A stretch of 64,000 nucleotides of DNA from Vicugna vicugna (Eukaryota), in NCBI GenBank assembly GCA_013265495.1, contig MU057728.1:97767-161766 (forward strand), read 5' to 3'. The notes beneath the pieces are model-generated. The model did no database searches, was not told where the DNA came from, and saw nothing but the letters and a program-made list of their open reading frames with translations. Numbering within the stretch: the first letter of the stretch is position 1; every line of letters begins with the position of its first letter. Below are positions 37,936 through 51,229 of the stretch, piece after piece. Both the position numbers and the translations under genes were made by a program.

Positions 37936-39207
37936 ACCAGCTGCCAGATTTACCTTTAGTAAAATGAAAGCTACAGTCTGGGATTTGTTTTGCAGACTTA
38001 TCTACATGAGCAATCATTTCTCTTATGCCCAGCTCACCTATAGACATGAAAGGGTTCAGGGCCCCAGAAATGCTTGGGCCAGTCCTGCCTCAGCCCCTTT
38101 TCCAAAAAGAGCCATTTGAGAGCCCAGCTCAGGGTCCCCAGGTGCTGGCAGGAGCCAGGTGTATGGGGAGCGGTGACTGCCCAGCCTGGTCATCTCAGGA
38201 GAGGCTGAAAACTGGGCTCAAAGACGACACCACTGAGGGCAGAATACTCAACATTTACAAACAGGGGTCAAAGAATTTCTAAATAAACAGTATACCAAGG
38301 AGAGTAACAAAATAATAAATAAAAGGAAATACAAACTATGCCAAACTCTTAAAAATAACTCTCAAATATTTTTGTTATTCTGAACCAATCATTTAAGAGG
38401 TTTCTCCTGAAACCAGATCTCTCCCCATTCCTCCATCACAGATGCCCCGCCATGAACTCTCCCCTTTACCAGGCAGCCGAGGGCTAGGGACATGCATACA
38501 GAGCCCAGGAGGGAGCATGTGTGGGCCAGTTATTTTGGGCAGTGCAGCTGCAGATACAGAGGTCCAGAGTTCCCTGTTGTGCTGCAGAAAAGACCTGGGC
38601 AACCTGGAAGGGAAGGAGAATGTTAGGAGTAATTCTGTGTGCGGGGACGGTGGGGAGGGCATTGCATCAAGCCTGGAGCTCTGAGGAAGCCCATCGCTGA
38701 AGGACTAGTCCTGGTCCATGAGCCCCCGCCCTGAATCACATGACGTCTAGGGGAGCCAAAGCCGGAGTCCCTGAGAGACAGGGCCTGGATACGGCTTAAC
38801 AAAGTCTGCTAGATTCTTTCTGGGCCTAGGAGAGCCCTGGTGGGATTGGGGGTTAGCACATCAGGTCTTTTGAGAGGGTCAACGTCTGTGTCCCGACAGC
38901 TTATCAAACCAACAGATGTGGATTCAGTCACCATTGTGCGCAAGAATTTACTCGAGGTCCTGGGAGGAGTCCAAGGCATCCTAGATGTGGGCTCCTCTTA
39001 AAGCACTGCAGTCCACGCGAGCAGACAGAAGCTAAATCAATGAGTTAAAGCAACAAGAGAAGTTTAAAGTAGTGCAAAGCAACAAGAAAAGAAAGTCACA
39101 AATGCCACGAGGCTATGTCTTGGTGGAGGGTATCATCCAGGCGGACCGCTCAATCCTCCATCAGTCCTACTTTCCTACCTACCTAACCTAAACACTCACT
39201 TGCGCCT

Positions 39208-39355
39208 TCATCCACCCACCCACCCACTCACCCATGCACTTACCCGTTCATCCAGCCATCATCCATCCACCCACCCACCCACTCATCCATCATCCATTTA
39301 TCCATCTACTCACCCACCCATCTATCCACCCATCCATCCATCCATCCATCCATCC
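39208..39355. repeat. (CCAT/CCAC)n tetranucleotide simple repeat
   Basis: Degenerate catccacccacccac...catccatccatccatccatccatcc. Confidence 0.9.
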
Positions 39356-41259
39356 GTGTTGCTCGCTCATTTTTGCTCCCTCTCTCTCATTTGTGTAACA
39401 AAATGAGGTCTGCTCTGGGCTGGACGACATAAGGACAAACACTGTCCCTGTTCTCCAGGAACCAACACAGCTGTGCATGTGTCCTGCTTTATCTAAAAGT
39501 TCGCTGCCAAGAGCATACATTTGCCCCCTCCCTCTATGAGACTGGGAGCCCCTGGGTAGTTGAGAGGGCATTGCCCATCCCTGTCTCTCTGATGGCCTGT
39601 GGCGCAGGGCCTGGCATGAAGCCAGAGCACCTAAATGTGTGTTGATTGAACCGTTGGGGGGTGGTGAGGGGTTGGACAATCCGTGTTGGTGGGAGAGGTT
39701 TGAAAAAGCTTAAGGAATGGTGGTAACAGGCATACGTTAAAAGAAGACTTAGAGGACCTTCAGATGGGCGAGGAAAATGGGCCCCCATCTCCTGAGCCCG
39801 TTTCCCTGTCAGGCTTCTGGTTGGGAGTCCGGGGGCTCTCCTCCTCCCACCTCCTGCCCTGTGTTATGCCCCTGGGTCTGAAATGCAGCCGTGTGTGATA
39901 TGTCCTTGGTGATCCCCACATGACAGCTGAAGAAAGGTGCAGAGCTTGGGGTCCAGACCAGACCAGCTCTCTCTGGGTGGCTGGGGGACCCTAGGACAGG
40001 ATGCAGCCCATGCCGGCTCCTCACACGTCATGCTGCCCTCCGCCCTCCCTTCTCCCCTGGGCTGACCTCTCGGTTCTCACAAATCTGCCCTCTCCTTTCC
40101 GCCTTGAAATCTGATAATGAAACGAATACCCAATATTTTTGCCTCTAAGAGAGGCAGGAGATAAACAGGAAGGCATCGGGGATTAAGGTGTCTTTCCAAG
40201 GAAGGGGTTGGGGACAGGCTGGGAGCTGGGCGACGTCTCTGTTGGGGCCGAGCGATCCAGAGGTGAGCCCCTTCGCCCAGTGCATTTTTCCATTTGTGCA
40301 GAGAAAATAAAACAAAGAGAAAAGAAAACAAGCTGTAAAATGCTTTGCAGAAGCCTGAGCACGGGCAATCGCCACTGATGTCCCCTGACAGCTCCCAGAG
40401 GAGGGCGACAGGGCGGGGGGCGGGGAGCCCTGCCTTTTGATGTTCGGCCTCTGAGCTTTCTTTTGTGTGACCACTTGTTGGGGAAGAAGCTTTGTTGGTG
40501 TCAGGTGCCTATGGGAGGGAGACACCAGCCTAAGGTTCCCCTTGGGGTGGGGGTGGGGTGCTGAGCTCTCGGGAGAGAATGGGGGGACAGCTGGAGCTGA
40601 CTTTACAGAGGTAGACACAGGCTTAGCATCCACCTCCAAGAGGGACCAGAAGATGCTACTGCTCCTGAAGCCTTTCCCTTCCTGAGGAAGGGCGCCCCAC
40701 ATCCTTCCAGATCCCTGTCCCTGGGCAGGGATGCCAGGCCCTCTGACTTCCGTGTTAGTAGAACGGTGCAGATTCCAGGCGGTAGTCTAGTCCCAGCTGT
40801 TCCTTTCAGGGATGTGGCTCCTTTCCTCTGGGGCAGTGGCCCAGGAGCCAAATGGGCCCCATTTACTACTGGCTCAGTGGTCCTGGGATGGTAAGTCACT
40901 TAGCCCCTCGGAGCCGCCCACATCACCCTTGTCTGGCTGAGTGACTCCACAGTAACACTGAACTTGCGCATCATTTCCTGTGTTGGTGGGAAGGGCGTGG
41001 CTGCAGCTTCTTTCTTTGCACCTGGTTAAACTCTGCCCCAAGGGTCAGAGGTGATGAGGGACACTTGTAAGGCTCTCAGGAGTCATTCTCTGGCCTAATT
41101 GGGCTTCCAGATGCTTCTTCCAGACTTCAGGCTTGAGCTGAGGTCTTTTCTCTGGTACCGCACAGAGCACCTCCTCTAAAGCCCTCACCTATCTCTACTT
41201 GCAAACTGTGTGTGATTTATGTGGGACTCTAGGAAGAATATTTAAAGAAGCTTATCTTA

Positions 41260-42270
41260 ACATCAGAGAGAAAAATTCAAGAGGCAACGATTTTTTTTAA
41301 TCACAAAAGTAATATGTGAATAAGAAACTGGTAAAATATTTGCAGCTTGTGTGTAGAAAAGACAAATGGTTTTTAATCCACCGTATGTAGGAGAACTAGA
41401 CAGTGTAAGAAAAAAAAAAAGCCCTACCTTATTTGCAAACTGGGCAAATGGCAGGAACAGGCAACGCACACACAAAGAAAGAAACCTAAATAGAAAAACA
41501 AATACGTGGAGAATGTCCACCCTCACTGGTAATCAAAGACATGCAAATTAAAATCGTGTGTTTATGTGTGTTTTCCAGACAAATTGGCAAAGGTTTCAAA
41601 AAAAAAAAAGAATGCTGATACCAAATGCGTATTGTTATTCTTGTCAAGGGTGGGGCGAAATTGGATTTCTCACATCCTGCGAGGGTGGGGAGTGTAAACT
41701 GGGACAGCCTTTCTTGAGGGCAATTTGGCAATTGGGATCCCAAGTTAAAAACACCGCAGTTTAACCTAATAAGTCTGCCTTGAGAAATTTACTGTACGCC
41801 AATCATCAGAGCTGAGTACAAATATGTGTGTTCAGAACTGGTGACCACTGCGTTGTTTGTAATAATGAAAAACTGGACACAAGTTCACCGCCCAGCCCTG
41901 GGAGGCCCTGCTTTTAACTGCATCAGCTTCTGATTCCTACAAGCCCATTTCCTATATCCGCACTGTGGAGGACTCGATTACCTTTCAAAATTATGAAGAA
42001 CATTACCTGACATTAAAAATTGTTCATCATTATGAGGAAATAGGCCAGGAAGCAAGAGGTCCAAGGTTGAACCCCATCTGTAGGGAAGAATTAAATAGCC
42101 CCCCCAGCTGAGCAAATGTGGATTAAAGCCTGCAAGGGAAGACCCAGTATTAACAGCAGTTGGTGGAAACGTGAGTGCAGTTTTTTTTTCTTTCTGCTTT
42201 TGTTTTTCAAGCGTCTGGTATTACATATGTATTTCTTTAGCAATTACATAAAATGCGATTTAAATTAAGC
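41260..42270 (+). mobile_element. Old LINE-1 (L1ME-like)
   Basis: ctcactggtaatcaaagacatgcaaattaaaa...gagtgtaaactgggacagcctttcttgagggcaatttggca. Confidence 0.75.
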
Positions 42271-42479
42271 TTAACACAAAAGTGGGGGCAAACTGTGTTG
42301 GAGAGTGAGCAAGATTAGGCCAGATGGAGGCTGGAGTGATCCCGGAGTTAGAAGCCTCAAGAAGAAGCAGATAGTGTGAGGAGGGCTGTGTGGGGGCTGG
42401 GCTGATTCCCCTGGGCACCCAGAGGCCCCTCCCCACCCCTCACTGTGTGGAACCCACGCTGGCAGGAGGTGCTAATGGG

Positions 42480-43310
42480 CCTGGAAATGACATTGAAACC
42501 AAGATACAAAGGAGAAGGATGCAGGCAGATGAGGAGGGAGCTTGAGAGCAGAGGGTCCTAGGAGGCAAGGACCAGCATATGCAGAGCCACAGAGGGGCAA
42601 GGGAAGGATCCTCACAGGTGGCAGGCTCTAGAAACTGCAAGAAGTTTGATAGAGCTGAAGTGTAAGAGTGTGGGGTGGGGCGAGCAGAGCTGCAGTGGGA
42701 GGGAGAGGCAGGACCAGTTTGTTCGGGGCCTGGGAGGCCGTGTTAAATGATGTAGATTTTATTCAGTGGGGAGCCACTGAAAGATTTTCAGTTAGTCCCA
42801 GACATCCTCAGATAGGTACTTAGAACTCCTGCCCTGGTTACCATGTTGAGAGCTTGGAGGGCTCAGCTCAGGCAACGGAAGGGCTGAGGCCTGACGGAGG
42901 GAGAGCAGTGAGTGGGTTTAGAGGAGGCGCTTCTGGGGCCAGGAGGAGACCCCAGAGCAGAAACTGAAAACATACACTGGGGAATCAGGAGCCCAGAGGT
43001 GGTCACTGCCATGGAGATGAACGAGGCCTGCCCAGAAGAGCATCCCAGCAGAGGGAAAAGGGTACTGAGTTGAAGGGGTACAGGCAGAGGCAGGCAGGAC
43101 TGGGCCGGAGGCAGCCCAGGGAGAAGGGAGTTGGGGGCCTGTCCAGAGGACCCTGCGGCCAGAAGCGTGGACCCCCATGCCATGGAAAGTCGCCCAAGTT
43201 GATGGTGGGAGGGAAGATGGTGCAGCAGGGCCCTGAGTCCTCCGTGTTGGGAGGACTGGGAGAAGGAGAGTCCAGCCCGGTGGCGGGAACTCATGGAAGT
43301 CAGGAGTGTG
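42480..43310 (-). mobile_element. LINE-2, antisense
   Basis: gggagccactgaaagattttcag...gatgaacgaggcctgcccagaa; purine-rich antisense L2. Confidence 0.55.
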
Positions 43311-43344
43311 TGAGGGCAGAGGTGAGGCTGGGAGCAGATGCACG

Positions 43345-43772
43345 CGTCTCTCGGGCTGCTATGACAAAACACCCCTGGCCAGGGTGCTTAACTAACACGC
43401 CTTTATTTCTCACAATTCTGGAGGCTGGAGTCCAGATCAGGCTGTGGGCAGGGTTGGTTTCTTCTGAGGCTTCTCTCCTTGGCGGGCAGATGGCTGCCTC
43501 CCTGTGTCCTTATAGTGTCTTTCCTCCCTGAATGTGCACTCCGCTGTCTCTCTGTGTATTCAAATTGCCTCCTTATAAAAAGAGGACACGGGTCAGATTG
43601 GACTAGGACCCACCCTAATGTCCTGATTTTAATCTAGTCATCTCCTTAAAGGCCCCATCTCCAAGGTAGGTCCTCTCCAAGGTATCTCCAACTACAGTCA
43701 TACCCGGTGGTTCCGGTTAGGGCTTCAGCTTATGAATGGGGGGTCGCGGGGGGCACAGTTCAGCCTTTAACA
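43345..43772 (-). mobile_element. MaLR LTR (MLT1A/B-like)
   Basis: gggctgctatgacaaaa...tttatttctcacaattctggaggctgg...ggttagggcttcagcttatgaat...cacagttcagcctttaaca. Confidence 0.85.
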
Positions 43773-43879
43773 AGCAGGATTTGGGCACAAGGAAGATGCC
43801 CAAGCTTCTGACGTGTGTGATGGGAAGGGGGAGGAGGCGGGGAGTTTGAAGGAAATGAACCGTCTGCATTTGAGAGGGA

Positions 43880-44760
<881 letters not shown>

Positions 44761-45233
44761 CTCTATTTTCGTTCACTGAAGCAAGCATTAATGTTTTAAC
44801 TTTATGCAGTTTGTTTTCTCCCACTAACCAAAATGAGGCAATGGTCAGATGACTCAGAGCAGCTGATGAAATGCCAGGGGATTTAGTGACGTTGGGGGAG
44901 GGGAGAAGGGCCCCCCACCCCCCACCCTACATTTGCTTTTGGGAATTCCAGGAACCAGGGCTCTCTGGGTCCAAAACTTGGGGCCTAGAGCCAGGGGTTG
45001 CTGTGAGCATGGCTTCCCGAGCAGCTGTTTATGTCTGAGGGCTCTTGGGCCACAAGCCAGCATCGATAGGGGCCTAACATGGGCCTGTAAAGACCCTGAC
45101 ATGGAAGAGACCCAAGCCATGGCAGACTTAGGCCCAGATGATGAGCTGCAGGAGAGAAGGCCACCCCTTAGCCTTGGATGAAGCCAAAGTATCATCTTAA
45201 CAGGAAATCCACCAGATGTTGGGCACTTGTGTG

Positions 45234-45381
45234 CAGGACCGATTACATAATTCATAGGCCCCAGTGCAAAATGAAAATACGAGGCTTCTTGTTCAGGAAT
45301 TGCTAAGAATTTCAAAATAGCAATCAGAGCTTCAACCCAGCATGTGGCCTTCTGAGTGTGGGGCCTGTGAAGCCAGCCCTG
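45234..45381. mobile_element. MER45A-like hAT-Tip100 MITE with 8-bp TSD
   Basis: caggaccg...ggccccagtgcaaaatgaaaata...tgaagccagccctg. Flanks cttgtgtg (45226-45233) / cttgtgca (45382-45389). Confidence 0.8.
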
Positions 45382-46409
45382 CTTGTGCAGGACGCTTTTC
45401 TCCAAAAAACAGGTTCCCACTCTTTCTCCTTCAGGAGAAATCCCTTGGATTCCAAATCAGCAGCGATGAATAGGGTGGCTCCCAACATAGGAGCAAGCTT
45501 TCCTTCCAGATTCCTTAAGGCTGCCTCTGGTGGTTGCCGAGAGAAATTTAAGCATAAAGGTAGCGGGGCTGTTTCCACCTTAAAACAAACAACTGATCCA
45601 GGTGAGAAAACCCCAGGAGACTTTGGCGACTGAGAAGGTGACCTGGGCAAAGAGACCCAAGAAACGTCTCCAGTGGCAGGAAGGCAAGGGCACCAGGGAA
45701 GGAGGGCTTTGGGTATTCAGAGAATATAGTTGGAAGGTAGCCAGTGCCTTTGCCTGTGCCTAAGTGTTTGTTGTCCCTTTTCTTCAGAAGAAATTGAAGT
45801 CAGAGTCATGTAAACAACTGGTTGCACACAGATTTCTTGGGAATTTGGCCAAGAAATTTTAATCAACAGAGACACTCAGGTGGGCAGCCCTGTGCCCGTG
45901 GAGGAGAAGGTCTGGCTGGACTCTGCCTGAAAGGCCAGTGGTCACTTCCTGCTATGCCAGTTTCTGCTGTTGGAGCGGGAAAGGCATGTCCCTTGGGGAG
46001 TCAGGAAGGAGCAGGGCCTTGGTCATCTTGTCATCTGCCTCCCTTCCCTTTCCTCTTTTGTTGTGGGGAGGGACAGGGCCTTTCACTGGTTGGAGTGAGA
46101 TGTCACGAAGCCTAAAGGGTCCTGGGAACCTGCAGACCATCCTCTGGGGCTCTGCCACTCTGGTTAAATGGTATGGAGATGCCGGCTCCCACTGCTGTTT
46201 TCCAGGAGGGACAGATGTAGGCAGACAAGGGTGTGGTCCTGTCTTATTTCAAATGCTGTGGCCAGCCCCCCAGCCCTGGACAGCAGCTGCTTTGGTGGGA
46301 ACCCTGGGAGAAAAGCTCATAAAGAGGAGAAATACAAGGATGAAATCTGCTCAGAAGAACACCTGCTTAGCCTTCTGGGGAAACATGGCAGGAAGGTGTG
46401 GGACCCTCA

Positions 46410-46612
46410 GAGCCTCCTGACTGGTGAGGAAAGACAAAGTTTCAAGGATCCCACCTCCTGATTGGTGAGGAAAAGCATTGCTGGAAGGGCCCTGCTTCGT
46501 GATTGGTGAGAAAAGACAATGTCTGAAAGATCGGCTCTCTAATTGGTGAGAAGAAGAATATGGCCTGAAAGGTCCTGCCATTTCATTGGTGAAGAAAGGC
46601 ATCTCTTGAAAG
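46410..46612. repeat. Degenerate tandem repeat, ~41-bp unit x5, each unit centred on (g/a/c)ATTGGTGA
   Basis: Cores at 46420 (actgg), 46461, 46502, 46542 and 46585, each followed by tgagg/tgaga/tgaag and an A-rich segment. Confidence 0.85.
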
Positions 46613-48384
46613 TTCAAATCTTTCCCCTCAGCATTCCTATTCCTGGCGTCACCCCCTTAGGGGATGTGGGAAGTTTGAATCTGCAGTTGTCCCACAGAAC
46701 ACTTCCCATCAAAGGAAGACCATGAGATCTTGGCGGGAACCAGCTGTAAGAGTTCAGATGCCAGCAAGGGGATGTGTACCTTTGAGATCTTCAGACAGGG
46801 GTCTCTCCATCACCACCCCATCCTCCCTTTCCCACCCCCTGCCCACGGAGTCTGCTGTCTTGTCTCCCTAGGGCCGTATGGTTTAGGGAAGTGGTTCCCT
46901 TTGTGGAAGCGTTTGGTTCCAGTATCTTGATCTCTGATGGTTTGCTCTCAGGGGCTTCCAAAATTGTGTAGGTGAGGAAGCACCCCCACCATCGAGCCCT
47001 CAGATGAAGGCTACCCTGCTTTGCTCTGTTTCAGATGCACTTAATGGGGAACTGGGAGTGCCTCTTGCCTCAAGTTGGCCATTGACCTGAGAGTACTTGG
47101 AAATAGCCATGGGGCCTCTTTACCCTCTGGCTTCCCGGGGCCTGGGAGGAGCTCCAGGCGGGGGTGCTGAGGCCACCCATACACTGCTGGTGATTGGCTG
47201 ACTCCCGATCTTGTTCAGTTGAGAGCAGGGGTGGACCCAGACAAGAACAGCTTGGAGCAAGGGCATTCCATCCCAAACATCATCATGCCGTCCCCCCATT
47301 TGGGAAGTTTCATAGCAACACATTTGCTGGGTTCTTTCTCCCCTCCCCTAGTGTAGAACCAGACCGGGGCTGGCAGGGCTGGTGCGTACAAAAGACCGTA
47401 ATCAACATGCCCAGGGAACAGGCGGCTGCACTCTCTGGCTATTCAGCGCGATTTCACAGCACTGGGAAGGCCTCATTATGGCGCGGACCGTTGTCCTATA
47501 CAAAGTCAGACTAGATGAATTTCCCCCTTTCTCCGCAGAATGGTGTGTGAATGATACTCGTCTTGGAATCTGTCAAAAGATAGGCGGTTTTGTTTACCAT
47601 TTGTCTTCTTTATGGACTCGGGGGCTCTTTCTCTTTAGAGCTGGCAGAAGAAGACGTTACCATTTAACCATTTAAGCCATGCCTCCATTTAAACGATATT
47701 AATTTATCATCTCCCCAAACCATCTGTGATGGATAAAGACATTCCGGGAGTTTCCCGTGAACCGAATTGTGATGAGAACGAAGACATGACCCACCGCAGC
47801 TAGCATCCCCGCTCATCTCACCGAGCGGCTGGTTTCTTTCACTTGTTGCCCTGCCCCCTTCACGGCCACAGTCACCATGGCTGGACGCAGGCCGCTAGGA
47901 AGGTGCCCGCGTCCTCAGAAGATGCCGGCGGCCGCGGGCAGAAGCCTGCAATGGTCCTCACCGTCTTCTCCAGGGTGTGCTTGCTGCCCCATCCTCTCCC
48001 TGTTTCTTCCAACAGCTCTGCCGAGGGTTGGGGAGGAGGTGAACATCTTGCCACCCCCACACCTCGCTGGGGTCCCTGACCACTCTGTGTGTAGCCAAGG
48101 CTGAGAACCCCGGACAGGGATAGAGTAAGACATGGCATGGTGGCTTGCTCTTGTGTTGAAAAAGGGAATACTTACAGGTGGCCTAGGATTTATTCTTTAG
48201 AGGGGAGAGACTTCTTATCAATAATTTTTGATGTTTTAATGGCTCTTTCAATGAAAACTGAGTGGAGGGGAGAGTGTGTTTAAAACTGTAAAAATTTAAA
48301 TCTTACTGGTAAGGCCGGGAGCCTCTTGGTACTGAAGTGCCAGTGTCCAGATGAAGGCTGGGATGGGACAGTCATCACTGCTAG

Positions 48385-48387
<3 letters not shown>

Positions 48388-48419
<32 letters not shown>
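48388..48419. repeat. (GT)16 perfect microsatellite
   Basis: Uninterrupted gt x16. Confidence 0.95.
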
Positions 48420-48420
<1 letters not shown>

Positions 48421-49479
48421 TACATCTGGCCATTTGAGGGTTTAGTCACAGCACAGCTAGGAATCTGGGGCCCCTGCCCCTTCCTGACCCTAAGGCAGTG
48501 TCCTTGCAGCCTATGAAAGCCTAAAATTAGCCTCAGAGATGCCCTTTTGTTTTGTGGGCTCCTCATCACATTTTTTTTCCCTGTCATCATCTTGGGGAGG
48601 GGGGTGCTTACCGGGAAAAGGGTTGGTCATCTTGGGCAGGAAGGAACTCAGAGGCTGGAGCAGATCCCAGCTTAGAAGGGAGAGACCACAACCCAGGGAG
48701 TCCAATCAAGGCCAGCACCCACTGGGAGAGAGACGGTCAGAGGAGAGAAACCCCACATGGAAGAGCTCAGCTCCAGCTGTGGCCTGTGTTGGTGCAGCCT
48801 TCCCCGTTCCCTACGGAACGTGGGGGTCAGAATCCTGATCTCCAGATTTGCTCCAGGCTAAAAGCTCAGAGAACGTCCCGCAAGTCACAGACCTCCCTGG
48901 ATCCCAGTCTCCTCATCTATGAAATCGTATTCAGATTTCTGGTCTCTGAGTCCTATCCAGCTTTGACATTCCACACTCCACGTGCTCTTTTTAAAAAGTC
49001 ATAAGTGAAAAAAAAAAAACAATGTATGGGTCTCTAATACAATAGGGCAATGTCTTGTATCAGTGAAGTTTGTGACCCAGAAACTAGGAAAAGCTGACAG
49101 AGTCAGGAAATCATGTGGAGGTGGTTTTGTCCCAAGATCTTGACAGATGAAGACAGTTGCCTGTCCTGTGACTTGGCTCCCGCGGTGCCCTGCTCTGAAC
49201 CAGGATCTTTCTGGCCCAGCCCCCTATCTCATTCCCCCGGGCATCCCTGGTCAGTTTCTTCACCTCCCTGGGTGTCAGTCCCCTCGCCTCTGAAGCCCAC
49301 TCTCATCCGATTCCACACGGACGTTCTTGGAAGTTCCCCAGGGCTCCCTGGTCCCAGCAGAAAGGCCTCCTGATTTTTGTGCTCCCCCAGTTAACAGGGG
49401 TGTCTTACTAGGCAAATAGCTTTTGCTACCAGGAGAGCAGCAGGTGGACCCCAGCCCCAGGCTTGGGTTGAGGGGCTTT

Positions 49480-49685
49480 TAAAAGCATGGAACGTGTAGT
49501 TATTGAGACCAGGGTTCCAGTTCCACCCCCAAGGCAAGGTACTTACTTTTCAGTACCTCAGTTTTCCCATCTGAAAAGGGGGGTGATAATAGTCCCTCCT
49601 CCCTCCCAGAGTTCTGGTATAGATTAAACAAGAGGATATAGAGGAGGTCCCTGGCACAGGGCACACATGCCACACAGGTAAGCGG
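49480..49685 (+). mobile_element. MIR SINE
   Basis: cctcagttttcccatctgaaaaggggggtgataatagtcc...agattaaacaag...cctggcacag. Confidence 0.75.
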
Positions 49686-50769
49686 AGAAGAGCAGAAGGA
49701 CCCGAGCCCGCGGCCGCTGCCAGCACGCGCACGCAGGGGGTCATCCCTTCTGGCTCCCCGTGGCCTTCAGTGAGCACGGTGCACAGGAGAACCAGCCCCT
49801 CCCACTGAGGGCTCAGCTGCAGTGTGGATTTTGAGGCCAATTCCCACAGCACTGGGTCGGGCTCTGGGGATTTGCCCTAATGCCGTTGCACACTCTTGAT
49901 AAAGGATTTACGTGCTTTGGGAGCAAAAATGACAAACAAGTGGGACCACAGAGATGACTGGCCAGCACCTGCTGGCGGAGGCCCTGAGCGGAGAGGCGGA
50001 GACGGGCTCTGTGCATCCAGAGGTGGTTCTGAAAGTGCCACTGAGAAAGACCCACAGCCTCTGAGGGGCTCCTGATGGACCAGGGGCTGAAAGCCAGGTG
50101 GGAGGCCTGGGCTGGTCCTCACTGTCCATCACCCAGGTGACCCAGCACCTCCCTCACTGCATTGTCCAGCCCCTGCCCGCCTGCCCCGGCCTGTGCGTGC
50201 AGATAGCACACACGCACACACACACGCACGTGCACGCCCACGCTCTGGGAACCGTCTGTAGGACCTGTGCCTTTCGCCTCCGCTGTTAATCAGGTGCATG
50301 AAGACTATAGTTAACTAGATCACAGAGGGTCAAATAACCCAGCTTGGGATTACGGGGCTCCCCCCCTTCCACTTCCTGCTGTCTGCACCTTGATCCGAAA
50401 GTGGCAGGGGAAAGGAGAGGTCGTGCAACTTGAAACATTTGTACTTTTGTGCCTCTTTGGCAACCGCTGGGAGGAAGTAAAGCAGAGCCGTGGAGGAGGT
50501 GGGACACAGACAGCCGAGATGCAGTTTGTGGCTTGTCTGTGGATTTAAGCTATCCTCGCTGCCTTGTTAGAGTGGAGAATTTAGGAGTGGGCAGTGTCCG
50601 TGGTCGAGGTTGCCAGTGATGGAGGATAGGAGGGACTCCTGCTTGCCCCTCCTGCTTTCCTCCAGATCCACAGGGTGCATGAAGTGATCTCTTCTCCCTG
50701 GAGAAGGTGGCCGATTGACCCTGGGTTTGCACACTGATTCAGTGTTTAGGGTGCACCTGCTCCCTGTGG

Positions 50770-51215
50770 GAACTGAGGTTACAGTGGTGATCAGGATGTG
50801 GTCCCCCAGAGCTTGTGTTCTGGAGGGAGGTTAACGATAAACAATGGAAAAAGTAAGCAGAAGATCATGACAGATTGTGGGGAGTTACATGGAGTAAATA
50901 AACAGGATAGAAAGAGTGGGTGTAACTGGTGGGAAGGCAGGGGAGCCACTCTCCGAGGCGGCCGGGGAGGACCTCTCTGAGGACAGGATGGACCTTTGAG
51001 ATGAGACCTGGGGTGTGAGGAGCAAAGAGCCATGGGGGAGCTGAGGGAGGAGCGGTACCAGTGCTGGAAGCAGCAAAGGGCTGGTGGGCTCTCCATCAGA
51101 AGCGAGGGCAGAGTCGCTCTTGGGAGGATGGGGAGGAGGGGGCTCGCATTCCAAGCACACCGGAGGGCTAGGGAGAGGAGATACTGGAGTGATGGCTTCC
51201 CTTACCTTGTAAGAA
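50770..51215 (-). mobile_element. LINE-2, antisense
   Basis: gggaggacctctctgaggacagg...tttgagatgagacctg...gagccatggggg. Confidence 0.6.
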
Positions 51216-51229
51216 GCCCTGGCCACATA

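Noticed and set aside
1990..42130. Scattered TAATCC/GGATTA (OTX/PITX) words across intron 2
   Set aside because: A 6-mer is expected many times in 40 kb, and enrichment cannot be shown without computation.
46410..46612. CRISPR-like repeat-spacer pattern
   Set aside because: Mammalian intron, the spacers are related to each other, the cores are short and there are no cas genes. It is a degenerate tandem repeat.
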